Origin: Alphaproteobacteria bacterium
Lineage (GTDB): Bacteria > Pseudomonadota > Alphaproteobacteria > MPNO01
Direction of reading: 5' to 3'
DNA length: 64,000 bases
NCBI GenBank assembly: GCA_965248835.1
Contig: CBDFLJ010000002.1
Location: 160,001 to 224,000, forward strand
Every line of letters begins with the position of its first letter. Position 1 is the stretch's first letter. The notes beneath the pieces were generated by a model. It had not been told where the DNA came from, searched no databases, and saw only the letters and a program-made list of their open reading frames with translations. Positions 1-12,492 of the stretch are shown here, piece by piece. A program made the translations under genes and the position numbers.

Positions 1-1
1 G

Positions 2-1057
2 CTGCGCGGCAAGCGGGAGGCCGGTGTCGACCTCAACGCGCCGAGCGATTTGAAGGCGATCTACGAACGGGCCGCGGCGCGCGGCGAAACGCTGCCGGTG
101 AGCTTCGTGGTCGGTGCCCACCCGACCGACCACGTTGCCGCCTCGATGCGCGTGCCGACCAACGAGATCGAGCTGATCGCCCGGCTGCGCGGCCAGCCGC
201 TGGCGGTCGTCCGGGGCGTGACCAACGATGTCCTGGTGCCGGCCGATGCCGAGATCGTGCTGGAGGGCTATTTCGATTCGCGCGGCCATGTCGAGCCGGA
301 AGCACCCTACGGCGAGTTCCTCGGCTATTACGGCGTCATGAAGCAGAACCCCGTCTTTCACCTCGAAGCGATCACCATGCGTTCCGACGCGTTGTTCCAG
401 ACATCGACCATCAGCGGCCAGACGATCGAGCACACCGACACCGCGCAGATCGGTGCGCTGCGCGCCGAGGCGACGGCCTGGGGGGCGCTGGAGACTGCTG
501 TCCGCGAGCCCGTGGCGATCTGCGCGAGCGCGTCTTCGGGCGGCAGCTTCAACATGCGCGTCGCCCTGCGCCAGCGCGTGCCAGGCGAGGCGCGCAACGC
601 GATCGCGGCCGTCTTCGCCTCGCTGTCCAACACCAAGAACGTTTTCGTGGTCGACGCGGACATCGACGTGTTCTCCGATTCGCAAATCGACTGGGCGCTC
701 GCCACCCGGTTCCAGCCCGACCGGGACCTGGTCATCGATTCGGGGTTTCGGACGCTGCCGCTCGATCCTTCGCTGGACGGCAAACGGACGGGTGGGAAGG
801 CCGGCTTCGATCTGACGCGGCCGTTCGGCAGCGACCTGCCGCTCCATTACACCGTCCCGGACCCGCCGTCCTTGGGCGCGCCCGAATTCGCATCGGTGCG
901 CGAGGCGCTGGCCGATGGGCCTAAATATTTCGGCACCCTGGTCGCAGCGCTGGGCAGCCGCGACGGCCGCGAGGTCGTGCTGGCGCTCGACGACCTCCGC
1001 GCGCAAGGCGCCCTTATGCGCGCCGGCGACGGCATGTATGCGCTGAGCGGGGGCTGA
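2..1057 (+). CDS. UbiD family decarboxylase, 5'-truncated by window edge
   Basis: Frame is open from base 2; UbiD motifs VPADAEIVLEG, EAPYGEFLGYY, VVDADIDV and WALATRFQPDRD. Confidence 0.9.
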   Translation: MRGKREAGVDLNAPSDLKAIYERAAARGETLPVSFVVGAHPTDHVAASMRVPTNEIELIARLRGQPLAVVRGVTNDVLVPADAEIVLEGYFDSRGHVEPEAPYGEFLGYYGVMKQNPVFHLEAITMRSDALFQTSTISGQTIEHTDTAQIGALRAEATAWGALETAVREPVAICASASSGGSFNMRVALRQRVPGEARNAIAAVFASLSNTKNVFVVDADIDVFSDSQIDWALATRFQPDRDLVIDSGFRTLPLDPSLDGKRTGGKAGFDLTRPFGSDLPLHYTVPDPPSLGAPEFASVREALADGPKYFGTLVAALGSRDGREVVLALDDLRAQGALMRAGDGMYALSGG

Positions 1058-1058
1058 T

Positions 1059-3344
<2,286 letters not shown>

Positions 3345-3388
3345 GCTTGGCGTGGGGGCTTGGCGCGGGCAGGTTTGGGGGTGCGGTC

Positions 3389-4474
3389 ATGACGGAGCTT
3401 CTCGAAGACGGGCTGGCGATCGATGCGGACGGCCATGTCCATGAGTCCAACCTGCTGTTCTCCCGACTTCTGGCGCCGGAGATGCGGGCAAGGACCAAGG
3501 GCTGGGCGTTGAACGCCGATCGCAACCGGCGGTTCATCGTCGACGGCATCGAGCACCCGCCGTTTCCGCGCGAGATTTCGGTGCGCAAGCCGATGGCCGC
3601 CGCGGACCGGCTGAAGGTGCTCGACAAGGAGGGGATCGAGGCGGCGGTGCTCTTCCCGTCCGCGGCGCTGGTTTCGGGCTACCTTGACGGCGGTTTCGCC
3701 TTCGCGGTCGCCGAGGCCTACCAGGACTGGATGCAGGACTACGTTGCAACCGATCCCCGGCGGCTGTTCTATGCCGCGCCGATCCCGCTCCATGATATCG
3801 CCCGCGCGGTCGAGCTCGCCGAGCGCGGCGTCCGCCGCAAGGGCGCGATCGCGGTCTGCGTGCGGCCCAACCCGACCGAGGGCAGACGGCTCGACGACCC
3901 CGGCTACGCACCGCTGTTCGAGGCCCTGTCCGCGCTCCGCGTGCCGCTGATCGTCCACGAGTCCACCGGCTGTCCCGAGACCGCCGGCGGCGACCGTTAC
4001 GGCGGGATGATGGATCCCCCGAGCTATGCCTACAACCATGTCATCAGCCATCCCTTCGAACAGATGATGGCCGCCATGGCGCTGATCTGCGGCGGGGTGC
4101 TGGAGCGGTTCCCGCGCTTGCGGGTCGGGTTCATGGAGGCCGGTTGCAGCTGGGTCCCCTATTGGCTGTCGCGGCTGGACGAGCATCTGAGCAACCGCAA
4201 GCTCCGGCCCTATTACGGCACGCTCACCCTGGGTGCTGGCGAATACTTCGCCCGGCAATGCGTGGTGAGCTGCGATCCGGCCGATGAGACCATCCCGCTC
4301 GCGGTCGCCGGGCTGGGCGCCGACAGGATCGTGTTCGCGACCGACTACCCGCATTTCGACAGCGAGGGCGGTGTGGTCAACGCCTTCCGCGCCGTGGCCG
4401 ATATCGACCCGGCCGATCAGCGCAAGCTGCTGCGCGACAACGCGATCGCCTTCTACCGCCTGCCTATCGCTTAG
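3389..4474 (+). CDS. Amidohydrolase_2 family metal-dependent hydrolase/decarboxylase
   Basis: IDADGHVHE, FMEAGCSWVP and FATDYPHFD motifs; ATG at 3389 inside the longer ORF-track call. Confidence 0.85.
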   Translation: MTELLEDGLAIDADGHVHESNLLFSRLLAPEMRARTKGWALNADRNRRFIVDGIEHPPFPREISVRKPMAAADRLKVLDKEGIEAAVLFPSAALVSGYLDGGFAFAVAEAYQDWMQDYVATDPRRLFYAAPIPLHDIARAVELAERGVRRKGAIAVCVRPNPTEGRRLDDPGYAPLFEALSALRVPLIVHESTGCPETAGGDRYGGMMDPPSYAYNHVISHPFEQMMAAMALICGGVLERFPRLRVGFMEAGCSWVPYWLSRLDEHLSNRKLRPYYGTLTLGAGEYFARQCVVSCDPADETIPLAVAGLGADRIVFATDYPHFDSEGGVVNAFRAVADIDPADQRKLLRDNAIAFYRLPIA

Positions 4475-4496
4475 CGCAGGCGCCATATCGTCGGGC

Positions 4497-5378
4497 TCAC
4501 CGGCCGGCGCCGAGTCCGCGCTGGGCCAGGAAATGCCGGGTGATCTCCTCGCCGGTGGCGAGCCACACCCCGTCATGGCCGCAGATATGCGCCAGCGTCC
4601 GGTCGAGCGCGCCGATCCGATGCGGCACGCCGATGATGTAGGGGTGCAGCGAGATCGCCGCGACCCGGCCGGTGCGCGCGCCTTCCTCGTAGAGCACATC
4701 GAAAGCGCGCCGCGCCATGGTCTCGAACGCGTCGGCGGTGAAATTCATACCCTCGAAGGCCTGCTTGTCGCTCACGCCTGCGCCGTAGGGCAGCGAGACC
4801 AGCGGCATGCCATCGACATCCATCAGCACCGGTTGATCGTCGCTGTCCCAATCCACGACATAGGTGCAGCCCTCCGCGACCAGGCGTTCGAGCGTGCCCC
4901 AGGTCTCCTGCCGCCCGGCACCGAGCCAGCCGCGGGGCCGTACGCCGGTGGCCCGCCCGATCCGTTCCAGCGTGGCGGCGATGATCCGCCCGGCCTCGTC
5001 CTCCGAGCCGGCCTCGTTGAGCCGCCGCGTGTTGGATTGGCAATGGCCCATGATCTCCCAGCCCGCGGCCAGGCACTCCTCGACGATCCGCGGGTGGGCA
5101 TCGCACACCTCGCTGTTGAGGGCGACGGTCCCGCGCACCCCGTGCCGGGCCATGACCTCGATCATGCGGAAGACGCCCACGCGGTTGCCGTAATCGCGTT
5201 TGCCCCAGGCCGAGACGTCGGGGATCAGCCCCGGGCCGTCGGGCATCGGTTCATTCAGCGCAAAGACCTCGATATTGGGGATCACCCAGAACGCGACCCG
5301 CGCCCCGTCGGGCCAGGCGAGCGGCGCGCGGTCGATGATCGGCTCATAGGGGTAGGGGCCGTATGCGCGCGGTTCCAT
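4497..5378 (-). CDS. Polysaccharide deacetylase / PuuE-like hydrolase
   Basis: WPDGARVAFWVIPNIE, DYGNRVGVFR, GWEIMGH, ISLHPYIIGVPHR. Confidence 0.85.
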   Translation of the reverse strand: MEPRAYGPYPYEPIIDRAPLAWPDGARVAFWVIPNIEVFALNEPMPDGPGLIPDVSAWGKRDYGNRVGVFRMIEVMARHGVRGTVALNSEVCDAHPRIVEECLAAGWEIMGHCQSNTRRLNEAGSEDEAGRIIAATLERIGRATGVRPRGWLGAGRQETWGTLERLVAEGCTYVVDWDSDDQPVLMDVDGMPLVSLPYGAGVSDKQAFEGMNFTADAFETMARRAFDVLYEEGARTGRVAAISLHPYIIGVPHRIGALDRTLAHICGHDGVWLATGEEITRHFLAQRGLGAGR

Positions 5379-5522
5379 GGACTCGCCTTGCGGTTTGATG
5401 GAAGGGCAGCCGATTGTGCCGATCGCCTCGGCGCCGGCAAGGCCCGCCTTGCGTTGCCACCCGCCGTGCGATCGAGCGACAATGCGGCCCCGATCCGCTC
5501 ATGAGAACCCGGGGAGACACCG

Positions 5523-6569
5523 ATGCCGACGATCGATTCCGACGCCCACGTGCTCGAGACGCCCGAGACCTGGCGGTACCTTGAGGAGTCCGAGCAGCGC
5601 TTCATGCCGATGGTCGTCAGCCGAACCGCGGGCGCGGTCGAGCGCGGCCTGTCCGGCGCTGAAGTCGAGGAATATTGGGTCATCGACGGAAGGCTGATGC
5701 CCAAGGAGGACAATACCGGGCCCGACACCACGGCGGGCGCGCGCGAGATGCGCGACATCCCCGCGCGGCTCGCGCACATGGACGCGCTCGGCGTCGACAT
5801 TCAGGTGCTCTACCCGACGCTGTTCCTGCGCCCGACCACGGTCAATGTCGCGCTCGAATTCGCTCTGTGCCGCAGCTACAACCGCTGGCTCGCCGATGTC
5901 TGGGCACAGGCGCCCGACCGGCTGAAATGGGTCGCCGCCCCGCCGATGATGTCGATGGACAAAATCGCCGACGAGCTGGCGTTCGCCAAGGACCACGGCG
6001 CGGTCGGCGTCTTCCTGCGCGGACTCGAATGCGACCGCCAGTTGTCGGACCCCTATTTCTTTCCGCTGTACGAGACCGCTTCCCGGCTGGATCTTGCAGT
6101 CTGCATCCACTCGGCGACCAACAGCCCGACGATGCACGACTTCTTCCTCCACGACCCGGGGTTCAACAAGTTCAAGCTCGCGACCATCGGCGCTTTCCAC
6201 GTGCTGGTCTTCCACGGCGTACCGGCCCGGTTCCCCGATGTCCGCTGGGGTTTCATCGAGGTGTCCAGCCAGTGGATCCCGTATGTGATCAACGACCTGT
6301 CGCTGCGCCTGAAGCGCCGGGGCGAACCGCTGGGCGATGACGTGCTGGCGCGCAACAACATCTACGTCGCCTGCCAGGTGACGGACGATCTGCCCTACAT
6401 TCTGGGTTATTCGGGCGAGGACCATCTGGTCATCGGCACCGATTACGGCCATGCCGATACCGCGACAGAGATCGAGGCGCTCCGCAAGCTCAAGGCCGAC
6501 GGAAGGGTGCCGGCGCATGTCGTCGACAAGATTCTCGACGACAATGCGCGCGCGCTCTATGCGCTGTAA
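5523..6569 (+). CDS. Amidohydrolase_2 family protein
   Basis: IDSDAHVLE, QVLYPTLFL, IGTDYGHAD; GGAGA RBS upstream. Confidence 0.85.
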   Translation: MPTIDSDAHVLETPETWRYLEESEQRFMPMVVSRTAGAVERGLSGAEVEEYWVIDGRLMPKEDNTGPDTTAGAREMRDIPARLAHMDALGVDIQVLYPTLFLRPTTVNVALEFALCRSYNRWLADVWAQAPDRLKWVAAPPMMSMDKIADELAFAKDHGAVGVFLRGLECDRQLSDPYFFPLYETASRLDLAVCIHSATNSPTMHDFFLHDPGFNKFKLATIGAFHVLVFHGVPARFPDVRWGFIEVSSQWIPYVINDLSLRLKRRGEPLGDDVLARNNIYVACQVTDDLPYILGYSGEDHLVIGTDYGHADTATEIEALRKLKADGRVPAHVVDKILDDNARALYAL

Positions 6570-6638
6570 TCCACACGCGTCCGCACGGCGGGCCTCCGAT
6601 AGACCGGGCAGGGTTTGCAGAATAGGCTCGACGGTGCG

Positions 6639-7508
6639 ATGACTCTCCGGGCAATCCCGCTGCACGATCTGTTCGCCGCCGAACTTCCGGGCATTGACCT
6701 GCGCACGCTGGCCGAGGTCGCGGAACTGCTCGAGGCGATGGATGCGTTCGCGGTCTGCGTCGTCCGCCATCCGGTGCCGCTGAGCGATGAAGAACACATC
6801 GCCTTCAGCCGCCGGCTCGGCCCGATCGAGGACCGGCCGGTGCTGGTGACGACCGGCCACCGGGCGATGCGGGTCCCCCATCACGAGATCATCGATCAGA
6901 GCAACCTGGACGATGGTGGAAGGATCTATGCCGAGGACGACCGCCGGCTCGGCTTCAAGCGCGCCAACCGGCTGTGGCACACCGACATGTCCTTTCACCC
7001 GATCCGCGCGACCTATTCGTTGCTGTCGGCCCACATCGTCCCGCCGGTTCCGGCCGATACCGAGTTCGCCGACATGCGGGCGGTCTATGATGCGCTGCCC
7101 GCGGCGATGAAGGCGCCGCTCGAGCCCCTGGTGGCCGAGCATTCCTACTGGCATTCCCGAGTCCTCGGCGGCGGGCCGGAACCGACGGAAGAAGAGCAGC
7201 GTTCGCGCCCGCCGGCGCGCCACAGGCTGGTCCACGTCCATCCGCGCTCGGGCCGCAAGGCGCTCTATCTCGCCTCGCATATCCGCCGGATCGAAGGCAT
7301 GCCCGACGATGAGGCCCGCGCGCTGCTCGACGAGCTGACCGTGTTCGCCACCCAGCCGCGGTTCGTCTTCGCTCACCGCTGGCGGGTGGGCGATGTCGTG
7401 ATCTGGGACAACCTCGCGACCATGCACCGCGCCACCGCGTTCGACGACCGCAACCACATCCGCGATATGCGCCGCACCACCTGCCGCGAGGCACCGGTTT
7501 CGGGCTGA
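6639..7508 (+). CDS. TauD/TfdA family Fe(II)/2-oxoglutarate dioxygenase
   Basis: WHTDMSF (HxD), TEFADMRAVYDALP, WDNLATMHRA. Confidence 0.9.
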   Translation: MTLRAIPLHDLFAAELPGIDLRTLAEVAELLEAMDAFAVCVVRHPVPLSDEEHIAFSRRLGPIEDRPVLVTTGHRAMRVPHHEIIDQSNLDDGGRIYAEDDRRLGFKRANRLWHTDMSFHPIRATYSLLSAHIVPPVPADTEFADMRAVYDALPAAMKAPLEPLVAEHSYWHSRVLGGGPEPTEEEQRSRPPARHRLVHVHPRSGRKALYLASHIRRIEGMPDDEARALLDELTVFATQPRFVFAHRWRVGDVVIWDNLATMHRATAFDDRNHIRDMRRTTCREAPVSG

Positions 7509-7559
7509 CACGCTACGCCGTGACGACCAGCGCCCGGGCCGCGCTTGCCGGCGGGTCGG

Positions 7560-8153
7560 CTAACGGCGCTTGGCGTCGCGGGCCTCGATCATCGGGGCGA
7601 TGGCGTCGCGGAACGCCGCGCGAACGGCCGGACCATGGATGTAAGGGTAGTCGTAGGTGACCGGCCCGCCCGACGCGACCTTGAGCCGCCCGAACATCGG
7701 GCCCGGGGCGCCCAGCACCTCGGGCAGCAGCGCGGCGAACCGGTTCATCCCGTCGAAGTCGTAGACCCTGGCGTAGCCTGCGGCGCGCGCCATCGCGGCG
7801 AAGTCCACCCGGCCGGCACCCGGGATCGGATGGCTGCCGTTGGCCTCGTAGCCGCCGTTCTCGACGACGAAATGGACGAGGTTCGCCGGCGCGGCCTCGG
7901 CGATGGTCACCAGACTGCCCAGGTTCATCAGCAGGCTGCCGTCGCCGTCGAGCACGATGATCTTCTGGTCGGGCAGGCCGATCGCGAGCCCCAGCGCGTG
8001 CGAGGACGCCTGGCCCATCGAGCCGACGCTGAGGAAGTTGAGCGGGCTCGGGTCGATCGCGATCCACTCGAAGGCCGAGGTGTATGTCGCCACGACGATC
8101 GCCTCGCCCCGCAGGTGGGCAATCTTTCGGAAGCATTCGTCGCGGCGCATCAT
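7560..8153 (-). CDS. ThDP-binding decarboxylase beta subunit (ComE-like)
   Basis: GSMGQASSHALGLA and the DGDGSLLMNLG...VENG ThDP motif. Confidence 0.8.
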   Translation of the reverse strand: MMRRDECFRKIAHLRGEAIVVATYTSAFEWIAIDPSPLNFLSVGSMGQASSHALGLAIGLPDQKIIVLDGDGSLLMNLGSLVTIAEAAPANLVHFVVENGGYEANGSHPIPGAGRVDFAAMARAAGYARVYDFDGMNRFAALLPEVLGAPGPMFGRLKVASGGPVTYDYPYIHGPAVRAAFRDAIAPMIEARDAKRR

Positions 8154-8665
8154 GGCTCGACCGACCTCCCGATCAGCGCCGCCAACGGCCGCGAGGTCTC
8201 ATAGGCACGGCCGATCGCCGGCGCCAGCAGGCCGACGTCGTCAGGGCCTTCGATCAGCAGCCGGTCGATCCCCATCGCATCGAGGATCGGCTCGACGATG
8301 CGCACGCCATAGCTTGCCGACTCGCTCGGCTTCCGGTCGGGCTCCTTCTGCAGCAGCCCGATCAACATGCAGATCGGCTGCGCATACTCGACCCCGATCG
8401 CTCGGATCGCGTTGATCGAATCGAGGAACCCCGTCTGCTGCATCAGCAGCACGCTGCGCAGTTTGCAGAACGCCAGCCCGGCGCAGATCGAGACCCCCTC
8501 ATCCTCCTTGCACAGCCGGATCAGCCGCAGCCCGGGATCCTGCGACAGCGGCCACAACAGCCCGGCGCTGGTGGTGATGTCGGGAAGCGCGGCGACATGG
8601 CCGACGCCCGCCGCCTTCAAAGCGGCGATGATATCGCTGCCGCGCGGTCCCGATCCGTGGTCCAT
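8150..8665 (-). CDS. ThDP decarboxylase alpha subunit (ComD-like)
   Basis: ALPD, KEDEGVSICAGL, MQQTGFLDSINA; 4-nt overlap with the beta gene. Confidence 0.8.
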   Translation of the reverse strand: MDHGSGPRGSDIIAALKAAGVGHVAALPDITTSAGLLWPLSQDPGLRLIRLCKEDEGVSICAGLAFCKLRSVLLMQQTGFLDSINAIRAIGVEYAQPICMLIGLLQKEPDRKPSESASYGVRIVEPILDAMGIDRLLIEGPDDVGLLAPAIGRAYETSRPLAALIGRSVEP

Positions 8666-8828
8666 GTCTGCGTCATCCCGAGCCAGCCACCCGGCGAGGC
8701 TACCACCGCAGGCACGCCGGAGACAGCCGCCGCCGGCTGGTCCGGACCAGGCTCAGACGCGGACATGGACCGGCGCGTGGGGTTTCGCTAGCCTCGGCTC
8801 CGACAGCCCAACCGAAGGGAGCCGGGGC

Positions 8829-9977
8829 ATGACCGGGACTTTCGATCGCTCGGCATTCGCCAATGTGTTCAAGGCCGTCGAAGAGGCGGAATCCTTGCCG
8901 CCGTGGTGCTACACCGCCCGGGACTATTTCGACCTGGAGGTGGAGAACCTGTTCACGCGGGTGTGGAACTTTTTCGGCCACGTCGATCAGGTCGCCGCGC
9001 CCGGCGACTTCGTGACGGTCGACTATCTCGGCATGCCGCTGGTCATCGTGCGCGGCAATGACGGCGAGATTCGCGCCTTCGCCAACAATTGCCGGCACCG
9101 CGGCACGCCGGTCGCGGACGGTCAAGGCAACTGCCGGGCATTCACATGCCCCTATCACGGCTGGGTCTACGACCTTGACGGCAAGCTCCACAGCGCGCCC
9201 GGGATGGAGAAGACCACGGGGTTCGATCCTGCGGCCAATGGCCTGCGCCCGCTGCGGCTGGAGGTGTTCGGCTGCTTCATGTTCATCAACTTCTCCGGCG
9301 ATGCGGAGCCGCTGGCAGACTATCTCGGCGACTTCCCCGCACTGATGGGCTCCTACGATCTGGACAACCTCGTGCTGGTCCGCAAGCTGGTCCACGAGGT
9401 GCCGTGCAACTGGAAGGTCCATATCGAGAACGCGATGGAGGAATACCATCTGCCGATGGTCCACAAGGCGACGCTCAACCCCAAGGAGATGGAGCACTCC
9501 GCCGCGCCCACCTCGGAGAACTGGCTCGACCTCCGCGAGCATCACGACGAGCACACCCGCTCGCTGCTGATCGAGGATCTGGCCCACGAGCTGCCCCATA
9601 TCGAGGGGCTGGAGGGGCGCGCGGCGAGCGGCACCAACTATGTCTGCCTCAACCCCTCGACCATGCTTGGGATGACGCTCGATTCGGTCTGGTACCTGGA
9701 GCTCCATCCGCAGGACCCCGACCACACGCGGGTGATCCACGGCGCATGCTTTCCGAAGGAGACCGTCGCCCGGGCCGATTTCGAGGACAAGGTCCGCTAC
9801 TACTACAAGCGCTGGGACACCACGCTCGAGGAGGACAACGCGATCGCCGCGCTCCAGCAAAAGGGGCTGAGGTCGCGTTTCGCCCGGCCGGGCCGGTTCT
9901 CCCATCTCGAGCCGCTGATTCCGCGGCTGGCTCAGTGGTGGGTCCGGCGCACGCTGCCGGCCGAGGCGCCGCAATGA
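8829..9977 (+). CDS. Rieske non-heme iron oxygenase alpha subunit (choline monooxygenase-like)
   Basis: CRHRG...CPYHGW Rieske motif; NWKVHIENAMEEYHLPMVH mononuclear iron site. Confidence 0.9.
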   Translation: MTGTFDRSAFANVFKAVEEAESLPPWCYTARDYFDLEVENLFTRVWNFFGHVDQVAAPGDFVTVDYLGMPLVIVRGNDGEIRAFANNCRHRGTPVADGQGNCRAFTCPYHGWVYDLDGKLHSAPGMEKTTGFDPAANGLRPLRLEVFGCFMFINFSGDAEPLADYLGDFPALMGSYDLDNLVLVRKLVHEVPCNWKVHIENAMEEYHLPMVHKATLNPKEMEHSAAPTSENWLDLREHHDEHTRSLLIEDLAHELPHIEGLEGRAASGTNYVCLNPSTMLGMTLDSVWYLELHPQDPDHTRVIHGACFPKETVARADFEDKVRYYYKRWDTTLEEDNAIAALQQKGLRSRFARPGRFSHLEPLIPRLAQWWVRRTLPAEAPQ

Positions 9978-10967
9978 CCGGGGAAAGGGTCCGCCTGCAT
10001 ATCGACAACGACCGGTCGCTGGGCGAGGTCTTCGAAATTTCCGAGGAGTCGGCTGGCGGCGGCCTTCGAGCGGTTCCCCGACCTCACCCGGCGTATCGAC
10101 TGGACGATCGGCTACGACTGCGAGCGGTTCGACGAGCTTGTCGCCGACGCCGATGCCCTGGTGTGCTGGAAGATTCCCCTCGAAGGGATGGCCGAGCGCG
10201 CCCCGCGGCTGCGCTGGATCCATGTCACCGGGGCCGGCAACGAATATTTCACCCCTTTCGATTGGCTGCCCGCGCAGGTCACCTTTACGAACAACCGCGG
10301 CGTCCACGGCGCGCGCGCCGACGAATACGCCATCATGGCGGTCCTGATGCTCAACAACCGGGTGCCGGAGATGGTCACCCACCAGCGCGCCGGAAACTGG
10401 CAACAGACTTTCAACACCGGGATCGCCGGCAAGACGCTCCTTGTCATCGGTGTCGGCAATGTCGGCGGCGGGGTGGCCGAATGGGCCAAGCGCTTCGGAT
10501 TGCAGGTGATCGGCGTCCGCCGCACGGCTGCACCCCACCCGGCGGTCGATGAAATGCACGGCCCGGAGGCAATTCCCGCGCTGATCCCGCGCGCGGACTT
10601 CATCATCGTCACGGCGCCGGCGACCGCGCAGACCCGCCACCTGATCGGCCGTGCGGAGGTCGCGGCTATGCGTCCCGGCACCGGGATCATCAATTACAGC
10701 CGTGCCCGTCTGGTCGATTACCAGGCCCTGGCCGAACGGCTGGAGCGCCGCGAGATCAGCGCGATCCTCGATGTCTTCGAGCCCGAGCCGCTTGCCGCGG
10801 ACTCGCCTCTTTGGCGGACCCCGAACCTGATCATCACGCCGCATTGCTCATCCGATGACACGGCGCTCTACATCCCGCGCACTCTGGACCTGGTGTGCGC
10901 CAACCTGCTCCGCTTCGTGGCCGGCGAGCCGCTCGCCAACCGCGTCGACCCGGTGCTGGAGTATTAG
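9974..10967 (+). pseudogene. D-2-hydroxyacid dehydrogenase with an apparent 1-nt frameshift near 10049 (pseudogene or sequencing error)
   Basis: ATG at 9974 overlaps the Rieske stop (ATGA) and reads MTGERVRLHIDND..EISEE; one extra base, then the frame of ORF 10161-10967 with GVGNVG, INYSRA, LDVFEPEPL, ITPHCS. Confidence 0.75.
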
Positions 10968-11046
10968 AGCCCTTCCCAGCCGGCTCGACCCGGCACGGCC
11001 GGCGTTGCTTGACTCCCACTGACGGGTTCACGAACTTGGGGCCGTT

Positions 11047-12471
11047 ATGACCGGCGCGCGCAGCGATCGGACCCGCACGACTTGGCTGGAGACGCTTGCT
11101 CGGCACAAGCGCGATGTGGCGGGGCCGGCCTCCCAACGATACTGGTCCGAGGCGCTCGAGACCTGCTCGCGCGACGAGCTGATGGGCATCCAGAACGACA
11201 AGCTCGCCGCACTCACGCCGTTTCTGTACGAGAACAGCGGCTTCTACAAGGCGCGGTTCGACCGGCTGGGGCTGGTGCCGAGCGATATCGCCTCGGTGGA
11301 CGACCTGCCCAAATGGCCGGTGGTCGACAAGTCCGAGATGATGCAGGACGCCGCCCTCAACCCGCCCTATGGCACCTATTCCACCATCGGCGAGGCGGAA
11401 TGGACGGACCGCGGCTGGATGCTGTTCTCGTCTTCCGGCAGCACCGGGACGCCGCGGGTGTTCCGCTACACTCATGAGGACCGCGCACTATGGGAGTGGG
11501 CAAACGCGCGGGCGCTCTATTCGATGGGCATCCGGCGCGGCGACTCGGTCTTCCCGATGGTGGGGTTCGGTCCGCACGTCTGGATCTGGGGTGCGATGTA
11601 CGCGTTCGCCCACATGGGCATCGCCGTCATTCCCGGCGGCGGCATGGACGCCCAGGCGCGCGGCAGGATCATCGACCGGTTCAAGCCGACCGTTATCGCC
11701 TGCACCCCGTCCTACGCGCTCTATCTCGGGCGTGCCATGCAGGGTCTGGGGCTCGATCCGGCCGCGAGTTCGGTGCGCACCCTGTTCACCGGCGGCGAGC
11801 CGGCGATGGGGATCGACCGCACCCGCGAGCGGCTCGCCGCGTTGTGGGGCTGCCGGGTCGTGGAGTTCTACGGCTGCACCGAAGCCTCGCCCCATGTCGG
11901 CGGATATTCGTGCGAGGCCTCGGTGCGGCCGGGCGAGACGACGTTCACCCACCTGATGGAGGACGTCCAGATCTGGGAGCTGGTCGACCCCGAGGACGGA
12001 AAACCCGTGGCCGAGGGCGCGCGCGGGCTGACGGTGTGCACCTCGCTCAACTCCGAAAGCTCGCCCCAGCTCCGCTTTCTGGTCGGCGACTACACCGTCT
12101 ATGACACCGGCCGCTGCGCCTGCGGCCGCAGCCACGTCAAGGCGATGGGCTCGTTCACCGGCCGCGCCGACGATCTGATCAATTTGCGCGGGGTGAAGTT
12201 CTTTCCGAGCCAGATCGAGCAGGCGGTGCGCTCGATCAACGGCGTGGGGGACGAGTTCGAGATCGTGCTGTCGGCCGACCAGGGCGGGCTGGACGTCATG
12301 ACGCTGCGGGTCGAGCATCCCGAGCACGGCGCCGGCGGCGGTCTCGGCGCACGGCTCGAAGCCGAAATCCGCAGCCGCTGCGAGGTCCGCGTCAGCGTCG
12401 AGGTGCTGGCGCCCGACACCCTTCCCAAGACCGAATTCAAGGCCAAGCGCGTGCGCGACGAGCGCCGCTGA
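11047..12471 (+). CDS. Phenylacetate-CoA ligase (PaaK) family protein
   Basis: SSSGSTGTP P-loop, CTPSYAL, EFYGCTE, GRADDLINLRGVKFFPSQIE. Confidence 0.9.
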   Translation: MTGARSDRTRTTWLETLARHKRDVAGPASQRYWSEALETCSRDELMGIQNDKLAALTPFLYENSGFYKARFDRLGLVPSDIASVDDLPKWPVVDKSEMMQDAALNPPYGTYSTIGEAEWTDRGWMLFSSSGSTGTPRVFRYTHEDRALWEWANARALYSMGIRRGDSVFPMVGFGPHVWIWGAMYAFAHMGIAVIPGGGMDAQARGRIIDRFKPTVIACTPSYALYLGRAMQGLGLDPAASSVRTLFTGGEPAMGIDRTRERLAALWGCRVVEFYGCTEASPHVGGYSCEASVRPGETTFTHLMEDVQIWELVDPEDGKPVAEGARGLTVCTSLNSESSPQLRFLVGDYTVYDTGRCACGRSHVKAMGSFTGRADDLINLRGVKFFPSQIEQAVRSINGVGDEFEIVLSADQGGLDVMTLRVEHPEHGAGGGLGARLEAEIRSRCEVRVSVEVLAPDTLPKTEFKAKRVRDERR

Positions 12472-12492
12472 ACCAAACGAGGACGAGCGGGT

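Noticed and set aside
9975-10050. Readthrough of the Rieske TGA, which is in frame with the dehydrogenase, to give a fusion or selenoprotein
   Set aside because: The intervening peptide looks non-coding, there is no Cys-motif context or clear SECIS, and the overlapping ATG frame gives a more plausible N-terminus.
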